From positions 1 to 44,328 of the forward strand of contig JALHRC010000009.1 in assembly GCA_022841645.1 (NCBI GenBank): a stretch of 44,328 nt of DNA, read 5' to 3'. Below are positions 17,681-27,766 of the stretch, piece by piece (position 1 is the stretch's first letter; each line of letters begins with the position of its first letter). The stretch is from Minisyncoccota bacterium (GTDB taxonomy: Bacteria > Patescibacteriota > Minisyncoccia > Phycocordibacterales > UBA918). Position numbers and translations under genes: made by a program. The notes beneath the pieces are model-generated. The model was given only the letters and a program-made list of their open reading frames with translations, had not been told where the DNA came from and ran no database searches.

Positions 17681-18637
17681 ATGGAAGAACTACCGACTAC
17701 CACCGGCGCCCCCGTCTCTACAAAGAAGGCTTTTACCCTGCGCCATAATATTCTCGAACGCATCGAGTGTGAGGGAATTTGCCCGCGCGGGCGTTGGCAG
17801 TTTTTAGGGAAGGAATGTGCATTGTGGCTCATGTGGCTCGCTACCGTAGTCCTTGCTTCGATTGCGGTTGCGGTCAGTCTCTTTGTGGTCTTTTATCGTA
17901 CCTACGCCCTCTACGAAGCGACGCATGACAGCTTCTTTAGCTTCATGCTGGAGGTCGTGCCGTATTTATGGCTCATGGTGTTTGCGGTGGCGGGTGCGCT
18001 TTCGCTCTATCACCTCAGGCACACGCGGCGGGGCTACCGCTATTCGCTCCCTTACATTGTCGGCGGCAGTGTCGTGCTGGCACTTCTCGGCGGTGTAGGG
18101 CTACACATCATCGGCATGGGGTTTGTGTTTGACCGTTCGCTCGGGCAGTACGTGCCGTCGTGGTACGCCTCACAGGCGATGCATGAGAAAGAATTTTGGC
18201 AGCAGCCGGAAGAAGGACGGCTGGTGGCAGAGCTGCGTGGCGAGCCGCTGCCGGCACTGGTGGCAATCGTAGAAGATGCGGAAGGGAAGGAATGGCGCGT
18301 GGCACTTGGAGAATTATTTGTGAAAGATATTGAGACGCTGCGAACAGGGAAGCCGGTACGACTTTTAGGGAAGCAGCATGAGGGCGAACATGAAACTCGC
18401 TTTCACGCGTGCGGGGTGCTGCCGTGGATGTATGACGATTATCACACGCTCGCTGACATGCGCGCGACGAGAGAAGAGGCGGTGGCGCGGCTACGCGAAC
18501 ACCGCGATCGACAGCGGGCCGAAGCCAAACTTACCTTTGACGCCGCTACAGCCGGGGTGCGTTATCTACCAGCACCCAAAGCCCTCTGCGGTGACATTAT
18601 GGCCGTTAAGCGCCTCTCGCCTCGGGTGGGGGAGTAA
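17681..18637 (+). CDS. Membrane protein, possible anti-sigma partner
   Basis: Three TM helices; begins 10 bp after the ECF sigma gene. Confidence 0.65.
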   Translation: MEELPTTTGAPVSTKKAFTLRHNILERIECEGICPRGRWQFLGKECALWLMWLATVVLASIAVAVSLFVVFYRTYALYEATHDSFFSFMLEVVPYLWLMVFAVAGALSLYHLRHTRRGYRYSLPYIVGGSVVLALLGGVGLHIIGMGFVFDRSLGQYVPSWYASQAMHEKEFWQQPEEGRLVAELRGEPLPALVAIVEDAEGKEWRVALGELFVKDIETLRTGKPVRLLGKQHEGEHETRFHACGVLPWMYDDYHTLADMRATREEAVARLREHRDRQRAEAKLTFDAATAGVRYLPAPKALCGDIMAVKRLSPRVGE

Positions 18638-18715
18638 GCTTTCTGTACAAGTGAAGCAAAGTGGCCAAACGCGCAGCGTTTGGCCACTTTCGCGCTTTTG
18701 CCAACAGCTCAGCCC

Positions 18716-20182
18716 TTATTCATTCGTAACTTTGGTGATCTTGGGTCCTTGCGGGGTATCCTCGACGCTGTAGCCGCGGAGGTTGATGGCTTCACGCAGG
18801 CGGTCGGCCTCGAGCCAATTGCGGGCTATCCGGGCGGCTTCACGGTCGGCCATCAGGGCCTGTACCTCGGGGGGTAGTTCGCTATTTCCCACGATGCCGA
18901 GCGACCGCACGCCTTCGTCGGGCTCGTCGTTTAAACCGATATCAAGCACGCTGTCCATGGCGAGAACGGTTCCATATTTTTCACCCGCGGTGAGGGTCGT
19001 ATCTTTTACTACTTCCCACAAAAGGGCTACAGCACTGGGCGTGTCGAGATCGTTTCCTAGGTGAGCGGTAAAGCGGTCGAGGTAACCTTCGTGTACGGTA
19101 GGACGCGCCGTGGCGTACTCTTCAAACACCACTCGCTTGAGTCGGTAGAGTGCCTGCTTTCCAGCGCGCAACGCTTCTACGGTAAAGTTTACCGGCGAGC
19201 GGTAGTGGGCCGTGAGAAGCCAATAGCGGTAGTCGTCTCCAGAGAAGCCAAGGTCGCGTAAGTGACGTAGGGTGATGCCGTTGCCTAGTGACTTTGAGAC
19301 TTTGGTACTGTCGATGGTAATAAATTCGCCGTGGAGCCAAAAGCGAGCGAATTCTTTGCCGGTAGCGGCTTCACTTTGGGCAATTTCGGCGTTGTGGTGG
19401 GTGTGGATGTGGTCGATGCCACCGGTGTGAATGTCGAGTTGTTTGCCTAGGGTAGCTATGGCCATGGCCGAGCATTCGATGTGCCAGCCAGGGAAACCCT
19501 TGCCCCACTTACTTTCCCACCCGAGGAGGCCCTTCTTCCAGACGGCAAAATCAGCTGGGTGATGCTTCTCACTATTTACCTGCACGCGTGCACCGCTGCG
19601 CAAATCCTCAAGATTAATATTGCCGAGCTTGCCGTAAGCAGGAAACTTCGCGATATCAAAATACACGCCGTCAGTAGTTTCATAGGTATAACCCTTGCCC
19701 TCGAGGGTTTCGATCAGACGGATTTGCATTTCAACATATTCGCTGGCGCGGGCCCAGGTAGTGGGTGGCATGATGCGCAATTCATCGGTATCGTCTTTGA
19801 AGGCTTTGGTGTAAATATCAGCGAGCTGCCGCATGGCCGACAGAGTGACTGGCAAACCTTCCCGTCGCAGACCCTTCATCATTTTGTCTTCACCAGCGTC
19901 GGCGTCGTCAGTGAGGTGACCGAAGTCGGTGAGGTTTATCGTGTGCTTCACCTCATAGCCAAAGTGCATGAGGGTGCGCTTTAAGATGTCCCACATGACG
20001 TACATGCGCAGATTGCCAATATGGACGAAATCATAGACAGTAGGGCCACAGCTGTATATGGTCACGGTGGGAGGCTCTAGGGGCGAGAACTCATCAAGGG
20101 TGCCGGTGAGCGTATTATGGAGACGCAAAAGCACCGCCGGTGGGTGCGCCGCAGTCTTTGAGCTAAATAGTGAGCCAAACAT
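18716..20182 (-). CDS. cysS: Cysteine--tRNA ligase
   Basis: YSCGPTVY, HIGN, GFPGWHIECSAM, KVSKS. Confidence 0.98.
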   Translation of the reverse strand: MFGSLFSSKTAAHPPAVLLRLHNTLTGTLDEFSPLEPPTVTIYSCGPTVYDFVHIGNLRMYVMWDILKRTLMHFGYEVKHTINLTDFGHLTDDADAGEDKMMKGLRREGLPVTLSAMRQLADIYTKAFKDDTDELRIMPPTTWARASEYVEMQIRLIETLEGKGYTYETTDGVYFDIAKFPAYGKLGNINLEDLRSGARVQVNSEKHHPADFAVWKKGLLGWESKWGKGFPGWHIECSAMAIATLGKQLDIHTGGIDHIHTHHNAEIAQSEAATGKEFARFWLHGEFITIDSTKVSKSLGNGITLRHLRDLGFSGDDYRYWLLTAHYRSPVNFTVEALRAGKQALYRLKRVVFEEYATARPTVHEGYLDRFTAHLGNDLDTPSAVALLWEVVKDTTLTAGEKYGTVLAMDSVLDIGLNDEPDEGVRSLGIVGNSELPPEVQALMADREAARIARNWLEADRLREAINLRGYSVEDTPQGPKITKVTNE

Positions 20183-20288
20183 GTGTACCAGAGTATAGCA
20201 GGCCTGTCCCTAGCGGCGATTGTTGACTTTATATGCTTTGCATGATCTACTGTTATAAAATTGGTCTTTCATTTTGGGAGGGAAAACG

Positions 20289-20813
20289 ATGGTCGAAGAG
20301 ATTAGCGTGAAAGTCCTCGACGTGCTTGCCCACTTGGCGAGCAGCTGTCACTGCGCAATCAATGATATGAGGCAGGTGACGGTGGGCGATCGAAACTTCC
20401 TAGTTTTTTGCATCTCACCCGCGTCGCTCTCTGGCAACAGCGGGGAGGTGATAGACTTCGGCACGAAGTGGGTCGCGGTCGAGCTCGAGACTCTGGAAGA
20501 GAGAAACCCCCAGCTCTACGTGCTCGACCGCACGGTGGAGCCAATTGGCCTCCACGTTCTCGCCTGCCGGCGCCACCGTGGGCTCGTCGCGTGGCTCTAC
20601 CCCGACCTTCATGACCAGCTGGCGCCTGAAAAGCCCAGCCTGTCAGAGAGGTTCATCCATTGGGTGGTGGACAATGTCCCCAACCGGGCTGATGTGCATC
20701 TCCCGGAACCTAAGAGGAGGAAGCCTGGCCGTTGGGTGCGACGTGGGAAAATAAAAACCCGACGTCCAAGTTCAGTTCTTGAAGCGATCCAGCGGTGGGC
20801 TGGCTCCTACTGA
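20289..20813 (+). CDS. Hypothetical protein
   Basis: GGGAGG RBS, ATG 20289, hairpin after the stop. Confidence 0.6.
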   Translation: MVEEISVKVLDVLAHLASSCHCAINDMRQVTVGDRNFLVFCISPASLSGNSGEVIDFGTKWVAVELETLEERNPQLYVLDRTVEPIGLHVLACRRHRGLVAWLYPDLHDQLAPEKPSLSERFIHWVVDNVPNRADVHLPEPKRRKPGRWVRRGKIKTRRPSSVLEAIQRWAGSY

Positions 20814-20910
20814 TTCGTTCCGCCACCAAGCGCGTCGTCCCTCGTGGACGACGCGTCTTCTTTTTTCTTCCCTGTGTACAGCGCTCACCTCCGCATGTCA
20901 TAATGTCAGT

Positions 20911-22221
20911 ATGCATGAACCGATTATAGTTGCGAAGTCACCGAAGCGTCGCTTTCGTGGTGCTGGAGTAGCACTCGCATTTTTACTGGCAGCCGGTACG
21001 TTTATGACTGGCCTGCAGCTTGGTGAATTAGGGATAGTGAGTGGGCGCGAGAGCACCGCTAATGTCTTTACACTGTTTGCGGGCACCTCTGAGGTGGCGG
21101 TGCCGGGTGACGTCAACATGAGCGAGTTCTGGCGCGTGTGGGAAATTCTCGACAATAAATTCACCACGACAGCGACCACCACCCTCACGAACGAGGAAAA
21201 GCTGCGCGGAGCGATTGATGGCCTGGTGGACGCTTATGGAGACCCATACACCGTGTTTCTGCCGCCCGTTGATACCCAAGCACTGAACCAAGACATTTCC
21301 GGTAACTTCAGTGGGGTAGGGATGGAGGTGGGAATCCGTGATGGGGTGATTGCGGTGATTGCACCACTTCCTGAGACGCCTGCCGAGCGGGCCGGTATTG
21401 TGGCGGGCGATATCGTCGTTTTAATCGACGGAAAATCTACTGATGGTATGCGCGTCGATGAGGCGGTGCGACTCATTCGTGGTGAAAAGGGCACCACCGT
21501 GACACTCACCATTTTCCGCCAGGGTGATACTGAAGTGCGCGAGATAGCAATGGTACGCGACACCATCAACGTGCCTACGGTCACTACGACGAAGGATGGC
21601 GAGGTGTTCATCGTCGCTCTCCATAGTTTCAACGAACTTTCCGAAGCAAAAATGCAGGAGGCCCTGCGGGAATTTGTACGCAGTGGTGCGACGAACATGG
21701 TGCTCGACCTACGAGGAAACCCCGGCGGGCTTCTCCAAAGTGCCGTGGCGATTGCTGGCTTCTTCCTGCCAACCGGCAAAGTGATTGTGCGCGAATCGTT
21801 TGGCGATAATGAAGAGGAGAAGCTCTATCGCAGTCAAGGGCGTACACTCCGCTCGTTTGCGCCGAAGGATCTCGTGGTCTTGATTGACGGCGGCTCCGCC
21901 TCGGCCTCTGAGATTTTGGCAGGGGCGCTCAAGGCTCACGGTGTGGCGACGCTGATGGGCGCCACGACGTTCGGGAAGGGGTCAGTGCAAGAATTGATCC
22001 AGCTGCCCTCGGGCGCCTCGGTAAAGGTGACCGTTGCCCGGTGGCTTACCCCAGAAGGCGTGTCAATTTCTGAAGGCGGCCTCGCGCCGGACATCGCCAT
22101 CGCGCGTACTCCGCAACAGGTGGTGGAGGGAGTCGATCCCCAGAAAGCAGCAGCGCTGAATTTCCTGCGTGGCCTTCCCGTAGCTACCAGTACCGCGACC
22201 ACGACCGAGGCTACACAATAA
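20911..22221 (+). CDS. S41 C-terminal processing protease (CtpA/Prc family)
   Basis: GDPYT, PDZ domain, LDLRGNPGG, SASASEI, TFGKGSVQ. Confidence 0.96.
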   Translation: MHEPIIVAKSPKRRFRGAGVALAFLLAAGTFMTGLQLGELGIVSGRESTANVFTLFAGTSEVAVPGDVNMSEFWRVWEILDNKFTTTATTTLTNEEKLRGAIDGLVDAYGDPYTVFLPPVDTQALNQDISGNFSGVGMEVGIRDGVIAVIAPLPETPAERAGIVAGDIVVLIDGKSTDGMRVDEAVRLIRGEKGTTVTLTIFRQGDTEVREIAMVRDTINVPTVTTTKDGEVFIVALHSFNELSEAKMQEALREFVRSGATNMVLDLRGNPGGLLQSAVAIAGFFLPTGKVIVRESFGDNEEEKLYRSQGRTLRSFAPKDLVVLIDGGSASASEILAGALKAHGVATLMGATTFGKGSVQELIQLPSGASVKVTVARWLTPEGVSISEGGLAPDIAIARTPQQVVEGVDPQKAAALNFLRGLPVATSTATTTEATQ

Positions 22222-22275
22222 CGCTTATTTTGCTATACTGATGCCCGTCTCCTCTTTGGAGCAGGCGTGTATTGT

Positions 22276-22719
22276 ATGAAAGTAATCCTCTTACGAGATG
22301 TGGCCAAAATAGGCCGTCGCCACCAGGTGGTAGAGGTGCCTGATGGTTTTGCTCGTAATAAACTTATTCCCGAGCGAGCGGCCCTGCCGGCGACGCCGGA
22401 GGCAATTGCCCGCCTGCGTAGCGCAAGTGACCATGAGGCAGCCACTAAAGCCACGAGCCTCTCGGCACTACGGGCGGGCCTTACCGCCTTGGGTGAGACG
22501 CCAATTGTGGTGTGGGCCGCTGGGAATCCTCAGGGGCACCTCTACCAAGCCTTAACTAAAGAGGCAATGGCGGCGGCACTCCAGGGAGCCGGCGTGCCAG
22601 CAGCGGCTAGTGATATTGTACTGAGCGCGCCCTGTAAAGCTTTTGGCGAATGTAGTATCGAGGTGAGGCGCAGTGAGGTGCGCGGCCAGGTGACACTGCG
22701 GGTGGAACCAGCTATGTAG
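22276..22719 (+). CDS. rplI: 50S ribosomal protein L9
   Basis: MKVILLRDVAKIG...VEVPDGFARNKLIP. Confidence 0.94.
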   Translation: MKVILLRDVAKIGRRHQVVEVPDGFARNKLIPERAALPATPEAIARLRSASDHEAATKATSLSALRAGLTALGETPIVVWAAGNPQGHLYQALTKEAMAAALQGAGVPAAASDIVLSAPCKAFGECSIEVRRSEVRGQVTLRVEPAM

Positions 22720-22755
22720 GCGTTTTAGAAATTCTTAATTGCCCTATTTTTACCT

Positions 22756-23472
22756 ATGTCGGAGTTACCTAAAGGTTCGCTAACGGTGATTGGGGTGCTC
22801 GCAGTCTGCGGACTCCTCATTGGTGGGGTGTCTTATTGGCTGGGCGGAAATGGACAGACTGCTAGTAATTACGATGCTACCTTTACCGAAGACACACTCC
22901 CCGGGCCCCTGACCGCCGAAGAACTGGCTGCTTATTCAGCTTCAATCACTAATCCTATGAATCCAACTGCGGTCATTACCACAAACCAAGGCACCATTGA
23001 ACTTGAACTTTTTGAAGACACCATGCCTGTGACGACTGGTAACTTTGTTAAACTAGCGGAGAAGGGTTTTTACAATGGTACTAAGTTTCATCGCGTGATT
23101 GAGGGCTTTATGATCCAGGGTGGTGATCCAAATTCTAAAACCGACAACGTCATGTCCTACGGCCGCGGTGGTCCCGGCTACGCCATTCCCGACGAACACA
23201 TCGCGGGTGAATTTCTCACCAACGTTCGTGGTACGATTGCGATGGCTAACAGCGGTCCCGAGAGCGGAGGGAGTCAATTTTTTATTAATCTCGTTGACAA
23301 CACTGGTCTTGATTTTGACAAAGAGCCGCTGACTTCAAAGCACCCGGTATTTGGTCGGGTGGTGAAGGGAATGGAGGTGGTTGATACGATCGGTGGGGTA
23401 GAGATAGGGCCGAGTGATATACCGCTTGAGCCGGTGGTTGTTGAGAAGGTGGAGATTGTAAGGGGGTCGTAA
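22756..23472 (+). CDS. Cyclophilin-type peptidyl-prolyl isomerase, membrane-anchored
   Basis: FYNGTKFHRVIEGFMIQGGD, AMANSG, GSQFFIN, HPVFGRV. Confidence 0.96.
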   Translation: MSELPKGSLTVIGVLAVCGLLIGGVSYWLGGNGQTASNYDATFTEDTLPGPLTAEELAAYSASITNPMNPTAVITTNQGTIELELFEDTMPVTTGNFVKLAEKGFYNGTKFHRVIEGFMIQGGDPNSKTDNVMSYGRGGPGYAIPDEHIAGEFLTNVRGTIAMANSGPESGGSQFFINLVDNTGLDFDKEPLTSKHPVFGRVVKGMEVVDTIGGVEIGPSDIPLEPVVVEKVEIVRGS

Positions 23473-23492
23473 CGCCCATAGAGGGAGGTAGA

Positions 23493-23527
23493 ACAAAAAA
23501 CACCCCTCGTAGAGGGGTGTTTTTTGT
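23493..23527. terminator. Bidirectional terminator between convergent PPIase gene and rpmA
   Basis: acaaaaaacacccctc-gta-gaggggtgttttttgt. Confidence 0.88.
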
Positions 23528-23535
23528 AGTGCACC

Positions 23536-23814
23536 TTAAGCAACAAGGACTCGGGCTTCGCGCTTTTCTACCACCTGGCCGTCAAAGCGCTTCTTGCGGA
23601 CGGTACGGAAGGCAACTACTCCGTTCTTCATAGCAAAGAGGGTGTGATCCTTACCCACCTTCACATTAGCGCCTGCTTCAATCTTGGTGCCGCGCTGGCG
23701 AACGATGATTTCTCCTACGCGCACAGCCGCTCCAGCGGCCTTCTTGACGCCGAGGTATTTTGGTTGTGAGTCGCGTAGGTTTTTAGCGGTGCCGCCAGCC
23801 TTTTTGGTTGCCAT
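23536..23814 (-). CDS. rpmA: 50S ribosomal protein L27
   Basis: [38 protein letters not shown]. Confidence 0.97.
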   Translation of the reverse strand: MATKKAGGTAKNLRDSQPKYLGVKKAAGAAVRVGEIIVRQRGTKIEAGANVKVGKDHTLFAMKNGVVAFRTVRKKRFDGQVVEKREARVLVA

Positions 23815-23861
23815 AGGAAAAAGTAATAATCAATGAAAGTAACCGCGGTACTATACGGTAT

Positions 23862-24284
23862 ATGTGGGAAAAACTCAAGTTTCTCATAGAAGATGAACGG
23901 CTCTTTCTGGCCGTCTTGCTAACCCTGGTGGCCCTGTCAGCCTTTGCCCTGGGCCGCTATTCAGCCACCGAAGTGGGGTGGGGGAGAGCGGGTGGGGCCG
24001 CTGTCTCCATGACGTATACTGAAACGGGCCCATCTACAGCAAGTCCTACTGCCACTTTGCCCACGCCGCCTGCCACCTCGCCTACTCCGGCGTCACCACA
24101 AAGGGCTGCTGCCACAAAAGGACCCTATGTGGCCTCGCGTTCGGGTACCCGCTATCACCACGAGTCGTGTGCTGGGGCCAAGCAAATAAAAGAGGAAAAT
24201 AAACTATTCTTTACCACCACCGCTGAGGCTGCCGCGGCGGGCTACACGCCCGCCGCTAACTGTTCGATACTGCACTCCCCATGA
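23862..24284 (+). CDS. Membrane-anchored protein with Ada-like metal-binding domain
   Basis: YVASRSGTRYHHESC...F.T..EA.AAGYTPA.NC. Confidence 0.8.
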   Translation: MWEKLKFLIEDERLFLAVLLTLVALSAFALGRYSATEVGWGRAGGAAVSMTYTETGPSTASPTATLPTPPATSPTPASPQRAAATKGPYVASRSGTRYHHESCAGAKQIKEENKLFFTTTAEAAAAGYTPAANCSILHSP

Positions 24285-25087
24285 ATCCTTTTTCTCTCCT
24301 TTTTTCCGCCGCTCGGCGCTTCTATGATCGCGACGGTGATCACCTCGCAGCGTCGCTTGCGTACTACACGCCATTTGCCCTCACGCCGCTCATTTTGGTA
24401 TCGGTGACGGTGCTTTCAGCCGTGTTTGGCTCTGCCTACACCGTCCACGTGTTTAAAGTCTGGGGAGAGATTCTTGGTCCAGACCTCATTACCTTTTTGG
24501 CTGATGCGATCGGCACGTTGCGGCAAGACGGCGGGCCGCTGCGGGTGCCAGTGATTGGGTCACTATTTTTCTTTGGCATGATCGTGCTAGCGTTCAATTT
24601 GATCACGAGCGGTTTTCACCATCTGTGGGACGTACCCCATACAGGCATCCGTGGTTGGCTGCGCAAGATCTGGCGTTCGGTGGTATTTATTTTTGTGTTG
24701 CAGGTGTATCTCATGGTAGTGATGGCGGCCGATGGTCTTTTAGTTTCTTCAGCCGGGGGAGCGCTACCGTTATTGCCCTCCGCAGTCGCTTTCGTTGCAA
24801 CAGTGTGGTTGTTTTATCTCATGTATCGATTCCTGCCCCCCTCCCCCCATTCGCGGCGGGCTAGCTTTGTGGGAGCGGTGGTTGCTAGTGTGCTCCTTCT
24901 TCTTGCAAAAAATCTTATTGCTTTTTATATCGGAAACGCCGCCGTGCCCAAGCTCTATGACGCTGCGGGACTCATCGCCGCGCTCCTTATCTGGATCTAC
25001 GCCGCGGCCGCCATCATTTACTTTGGAGCGAGCGTGGTGCACGAGTATGACGCGAAGCGTGGCCTTACCCCACCCGAAACGGTATAA
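24281..25087 (+). CDS. YihY/virulence factor BrkB family membrane protein
   Basis: AASLAYYT, LLIWIY...IIYFGA; six TM helices. Confidence 0.9.
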   Translation: MNPFSLLFSAARRFYDRDGDHLAASLAYYTPFALTPLILVSVTVLSAVFGSAYTVHVFKVWGEILGPDLITFLADAIGTLRQDGGPLRVPVIGSLFFFGMIVLAFNLITSGFHHLWDVPHTGIRGWLRKIWRSVVFIFVLQVYLMVVMAADGLLVSSAGGALPLLPSAVAFVATVWLFYLMYRFLPPSPHSRRASFVGAVVASVLLLLAKNLIAFYIGNAAVPKLYDAAGLIAALLIWIYAAAAIIYFGASVVHEYDAKRGLTPPETV

Positions 25088-25094
25088 TCAACCC

Positions 25095-25694
25095 ATGTTA
25101 GTTATTGATATTGAAGGATCGGGGACAGATTATCGGAAGCACTCGATTGTTTCGCTGGGAGCAGTGGATTTTGAACACCCAGAGCGTCGATTTTACGGTG
25201 AGTGTCGGATCTGGGAAGGAGCTCATATTATGGAGGAAGCGCTTGAGGTGAACGGCTTTACAGAAGCACAGATTACCGACCCCACTAAAATGAGCGAGGC
25301 GGAACTCGTGCAGCAATTTGTCGAGTGGTCGCAGCATCTCGGCGACCGGACGCTTACTGGCCAAAATGTCTCTTACGACCGTGACATGCTGCGGGCGGCC
25401 GCCGATCGGGCTGACCTCCCGTGGGATTTTGCGCACCGTACGCTCGACACCCATACGATGTGTTGGATGCACATGATAGCGCGCGGCCTACCACCCCCAA
25501 TCGACGAGCAGCACCGCCGCAGCTCGCTTAATTTAGATGCTGTTTTAAACTATTGCGGCATTCCCGCCGAACCAGAACCACACAACGCGCTTACTGGGGC
25601 GCTCTGCCACGCCGAGGTGACTTCGCGACTTCTCTACGGCCGCCCACTTCTCCCCGAGTTTTCAGCATTCCCGATACCGTTCGTCGCTTCGTGA
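25095..25694 (+). CDS. DEDDh 3'-5' exonuclease
   Basis: VIDIEGSG, GQNVSYD, LDT, HNALTGA; last acidic motif position appears altered. Confidence 0.85.
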   Translation: MLVIDIEGSGTDYRKHSIVSLGAVDFEHPERRFYGECRIWEGAHIMEEALEVNGFTEAQITDPTKMSEAELVQQFVEWSQHLGDRTLTGQNVSYDRDMLRAAADRADLPWDFAHRTLDTHTMCWMHMIARGLPPPIDEQHRRSSLNLDAVLNYCGIPAEPEPHNALTGALCHAEVTSRLLYGRPLLPEFSAFPIPFVAS

Positions 25695-25710
25695 ATGCTA
25701 AACTGTAGCG

Positions 25711-26478
25711 ATGGTACGGGAATTTCTCTTCGGTAAAAAAAAGCCTGACGCGCCTAAAAAAAAGCCGGTCAAGATCACTATGGCACCGCACTGCCGCGTG
25801 GTAACCGAACTCCTTGACCCAAAGGGCACTGACGGCGATGCTGTGCAGTCGTGGCGGGTGTTTCGGATTATGTCGGAGTTTGTGCAAGGGTTTGAGCTCC
25901 TGCGTAATCATGGGCTCGCCGCCACCTTCTGGGGCAGTGCGCGCGCAACACCGACTGACCCCTACTATAAAGCAGCTGAGGAATTAGCCGCCAAGCTCGC
26001 AAAAAAAGGCTTTGCGATTATCTCGGGTGGCGGCCCGGGCATTATGGAAGCTTCGAACGTGGGCGCCTTTAAGGTGGGTGGCAAATCAATCGGCCTCAAC
26101 ATCCAGTTGCCGTTTGAACAAAAGCTCAATCCCTACACCACCGAGTCACTGAACTTTGACTTCTTCTTTTCGCGCAAGGTGATGCTCACCTTTGCCTCTG
26201 AAGTGTATGTCTATTTCCCGGGGGGCTTTGGTACGCTCGATGAGTTTTTTGAGATCATCACCCTGATGCAGACCAAGAAGATTGAGCGTTTACCCGTTAT
26301 TCTCTACGGAAAGGAATATTGGGAACCACTCTTGCGTTGGTTTGAGAAGGACCTCCTCAAGAAATATGGCGCGGTAAGTGTCGAGGATCTCGAACTTTAT
26401 CACCTCGTCGATAATGTAAACGACGCCTACAATTACATCCTCAAAAACGTCTCGTGTGACAACATTCGTCAATTGTAG
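25711..26478 (+). CDS. LOG family (TIGR00730-like) protein
   Basis: SGGGPGIMEA, FFSRK, PGGFGTLDE. Confidence 0.94.
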   Translation: MVREFLFGKKKPDAPKKKPVKITMAPHCRVVTELLDPKGTDGDAVQSWRVFRIMSEFVQGFELLRNHGLAATFWGSARATPTDPYYKAAEELAAKLAKKGFAIISGGGPGIMEASNVGAFKVGGKSIGLNIQLPFEQKLNPYTTESLNFDFFFSRKVMLTFASEVYVYFPGGFGTLDEFFEIITLMQTKKIERLPVILYGKEYWEPLLRWFEKDLLKKYGAVSVEDLELYHLVDNVNDAYNYILKNVSCDNIRQL

Positions 26479-26518
26479 CGTTGGCGAATGAGGACTATTC
26501 ATTACGATATATCTGACT

Positions 26519-27766
26519 ATGAAAACGACTGCCTTTGATCCAATCCCTCGTACCCCCCGCCCAGCTGATGAGCGTTCGCTCAAGGCCTATCGCGCCATTG
26601 TCGCCGCCGCCAGAGCGACGGGGCCGTCGGCTACTCCAGAAGGAGTGCTTATGTACCCAACGGAAGAGGTGGTAGCGGCCGTGAGGGCTGTAACCAAGCG
26701 CTTTACGCGACTGTCGCACGTTATCGTCGTGGGTATTGGCGGTTCCTCACTAGGTTTGGAAGCTATTCACGGGGCACTGGGTGAAAAGGGTGTCCGTCTC
26801 TCGGTGCTTGATATGCTGGCGCCAGAGGAGATGGTAGTTCTTATTGAAGAATTAAAGACAATAAAAAAAGCTTCAGCGCTGGCTGTTTGTATTATCAGTA
26901 AGTCAGGATCTACCACAGAAACTTTAGCGAACGCGAGCGTCCTTTTGCGCGTTTTAGAAGACCGTTTCGGGGCGGCTATCTACGGGCAGACGCTCATGAT
27001 TGGTGATCCAGGAGCAGCAGTGGTCAAAACCGCTAAAAAACTTGGAGTTCAGTACGTACCGATGCCAGCGGTGATTGGTGGACGTTTTTCCGTCGTCACG
27101 GAAGTGGGTCTAGTGCCACTCTCGCTCCTCGGCCACGACATCGATGCCTTCGCAGCGGGCGTGCGGGAGGCGGCGCTGGGGGAGAACGAGGCGGCGGTCG
27201 CCGCGCGCTCGCAGCAGTTTTTTGAATACATAAAGGCTGGAGTACGCCACTTCAACTTCTTTGCTTTTGACCGCCGCCTCGTTCCCTTAGGCGCCTGGTA
27301 CCGACAACTGCTGGCTGAAAGCCTTGGTAAGTCGACCGATCGAAGTGGTAAACCAGTCAAATTCGGTTTTCTACCGACAATCAGCACTCCGGTAGAACTG
27401 CACTCAGTATGCCAACTCTATCTCTCAGGCTTTCCTGGCGTCTTTACAGAGTTTGTCTCGCTCGATAAGAGTGGTATCGACTACAAAGTCGGCCCCACCA
27501 AGCTCGCGCCACAACTTAAAAAATTCACCTTGGGCGAAATCAGTGCCGCTCTGTATGGCGGCGTTGTAGCGGCCTATCGTGAGCGTAAACTGCCGTACCG
27601 CGCGACGGTCTTTTCTGAAGCCGACTTACCAAACACCCTGGGCCGCTACATTGGTGCTGCCATGCTTGAAACTATGTATCTCGCGCACCTCATGAATGTA
27701 AGCGCTTTTGACCAGCCAAATGTTGAACTCTACAAGCAAAAGACGCGCGAACTTCTAGGCCTATGA
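26519..27766 (+). CDS. pgi: Glucose-6-phosphate isomerase
   Basis: GIGGSSLG, SKSGSTTET, GGRFSV, QLLAESLGK, FDQPNVELYK. Confidence 0.93.
   Translation: MKTTAFDPIPRTPRPADERSLKAYRAIVAAARATGPSATPEGVLMYPTEEVVAAVRAVTKRFTRLSHVIVVGIGGSSLGLEAIHGALGEKGVRLSVLDMLAPEEMVVLIEELKTIKKASALAVCIISKSGSTTETLANASVLLRVLEDRFGAAIYGQTLMIGDPGAAVVKTAKKLGVQYVPMPAVIGGRFSVVTEVGLVPLSLLGHDIDAFAAGVREAALGENEAAVAARSQQFFEYIKAGVRHFNFFAFDRRLVPLGAWYRQLLAESLGKSTDRSGKPVKFGFLPTISTPVELHSVCQLYLSGFPGVFTEFVSLDKSGIDYKVGPTKLAPQLKKFTLGEISAALYGGVVAAYRERKLPYRATVFSEADLPNTLGRYIGAAMLETMYLAHLMNVSAFDQPNVELYKQKTRELLGL

Noticed and set aside
24795-25094. N-terminal extension of the exonuclease ORF
   Set aside because: Overlaps the YihY gene; the family motif starts right after ATG 25095.
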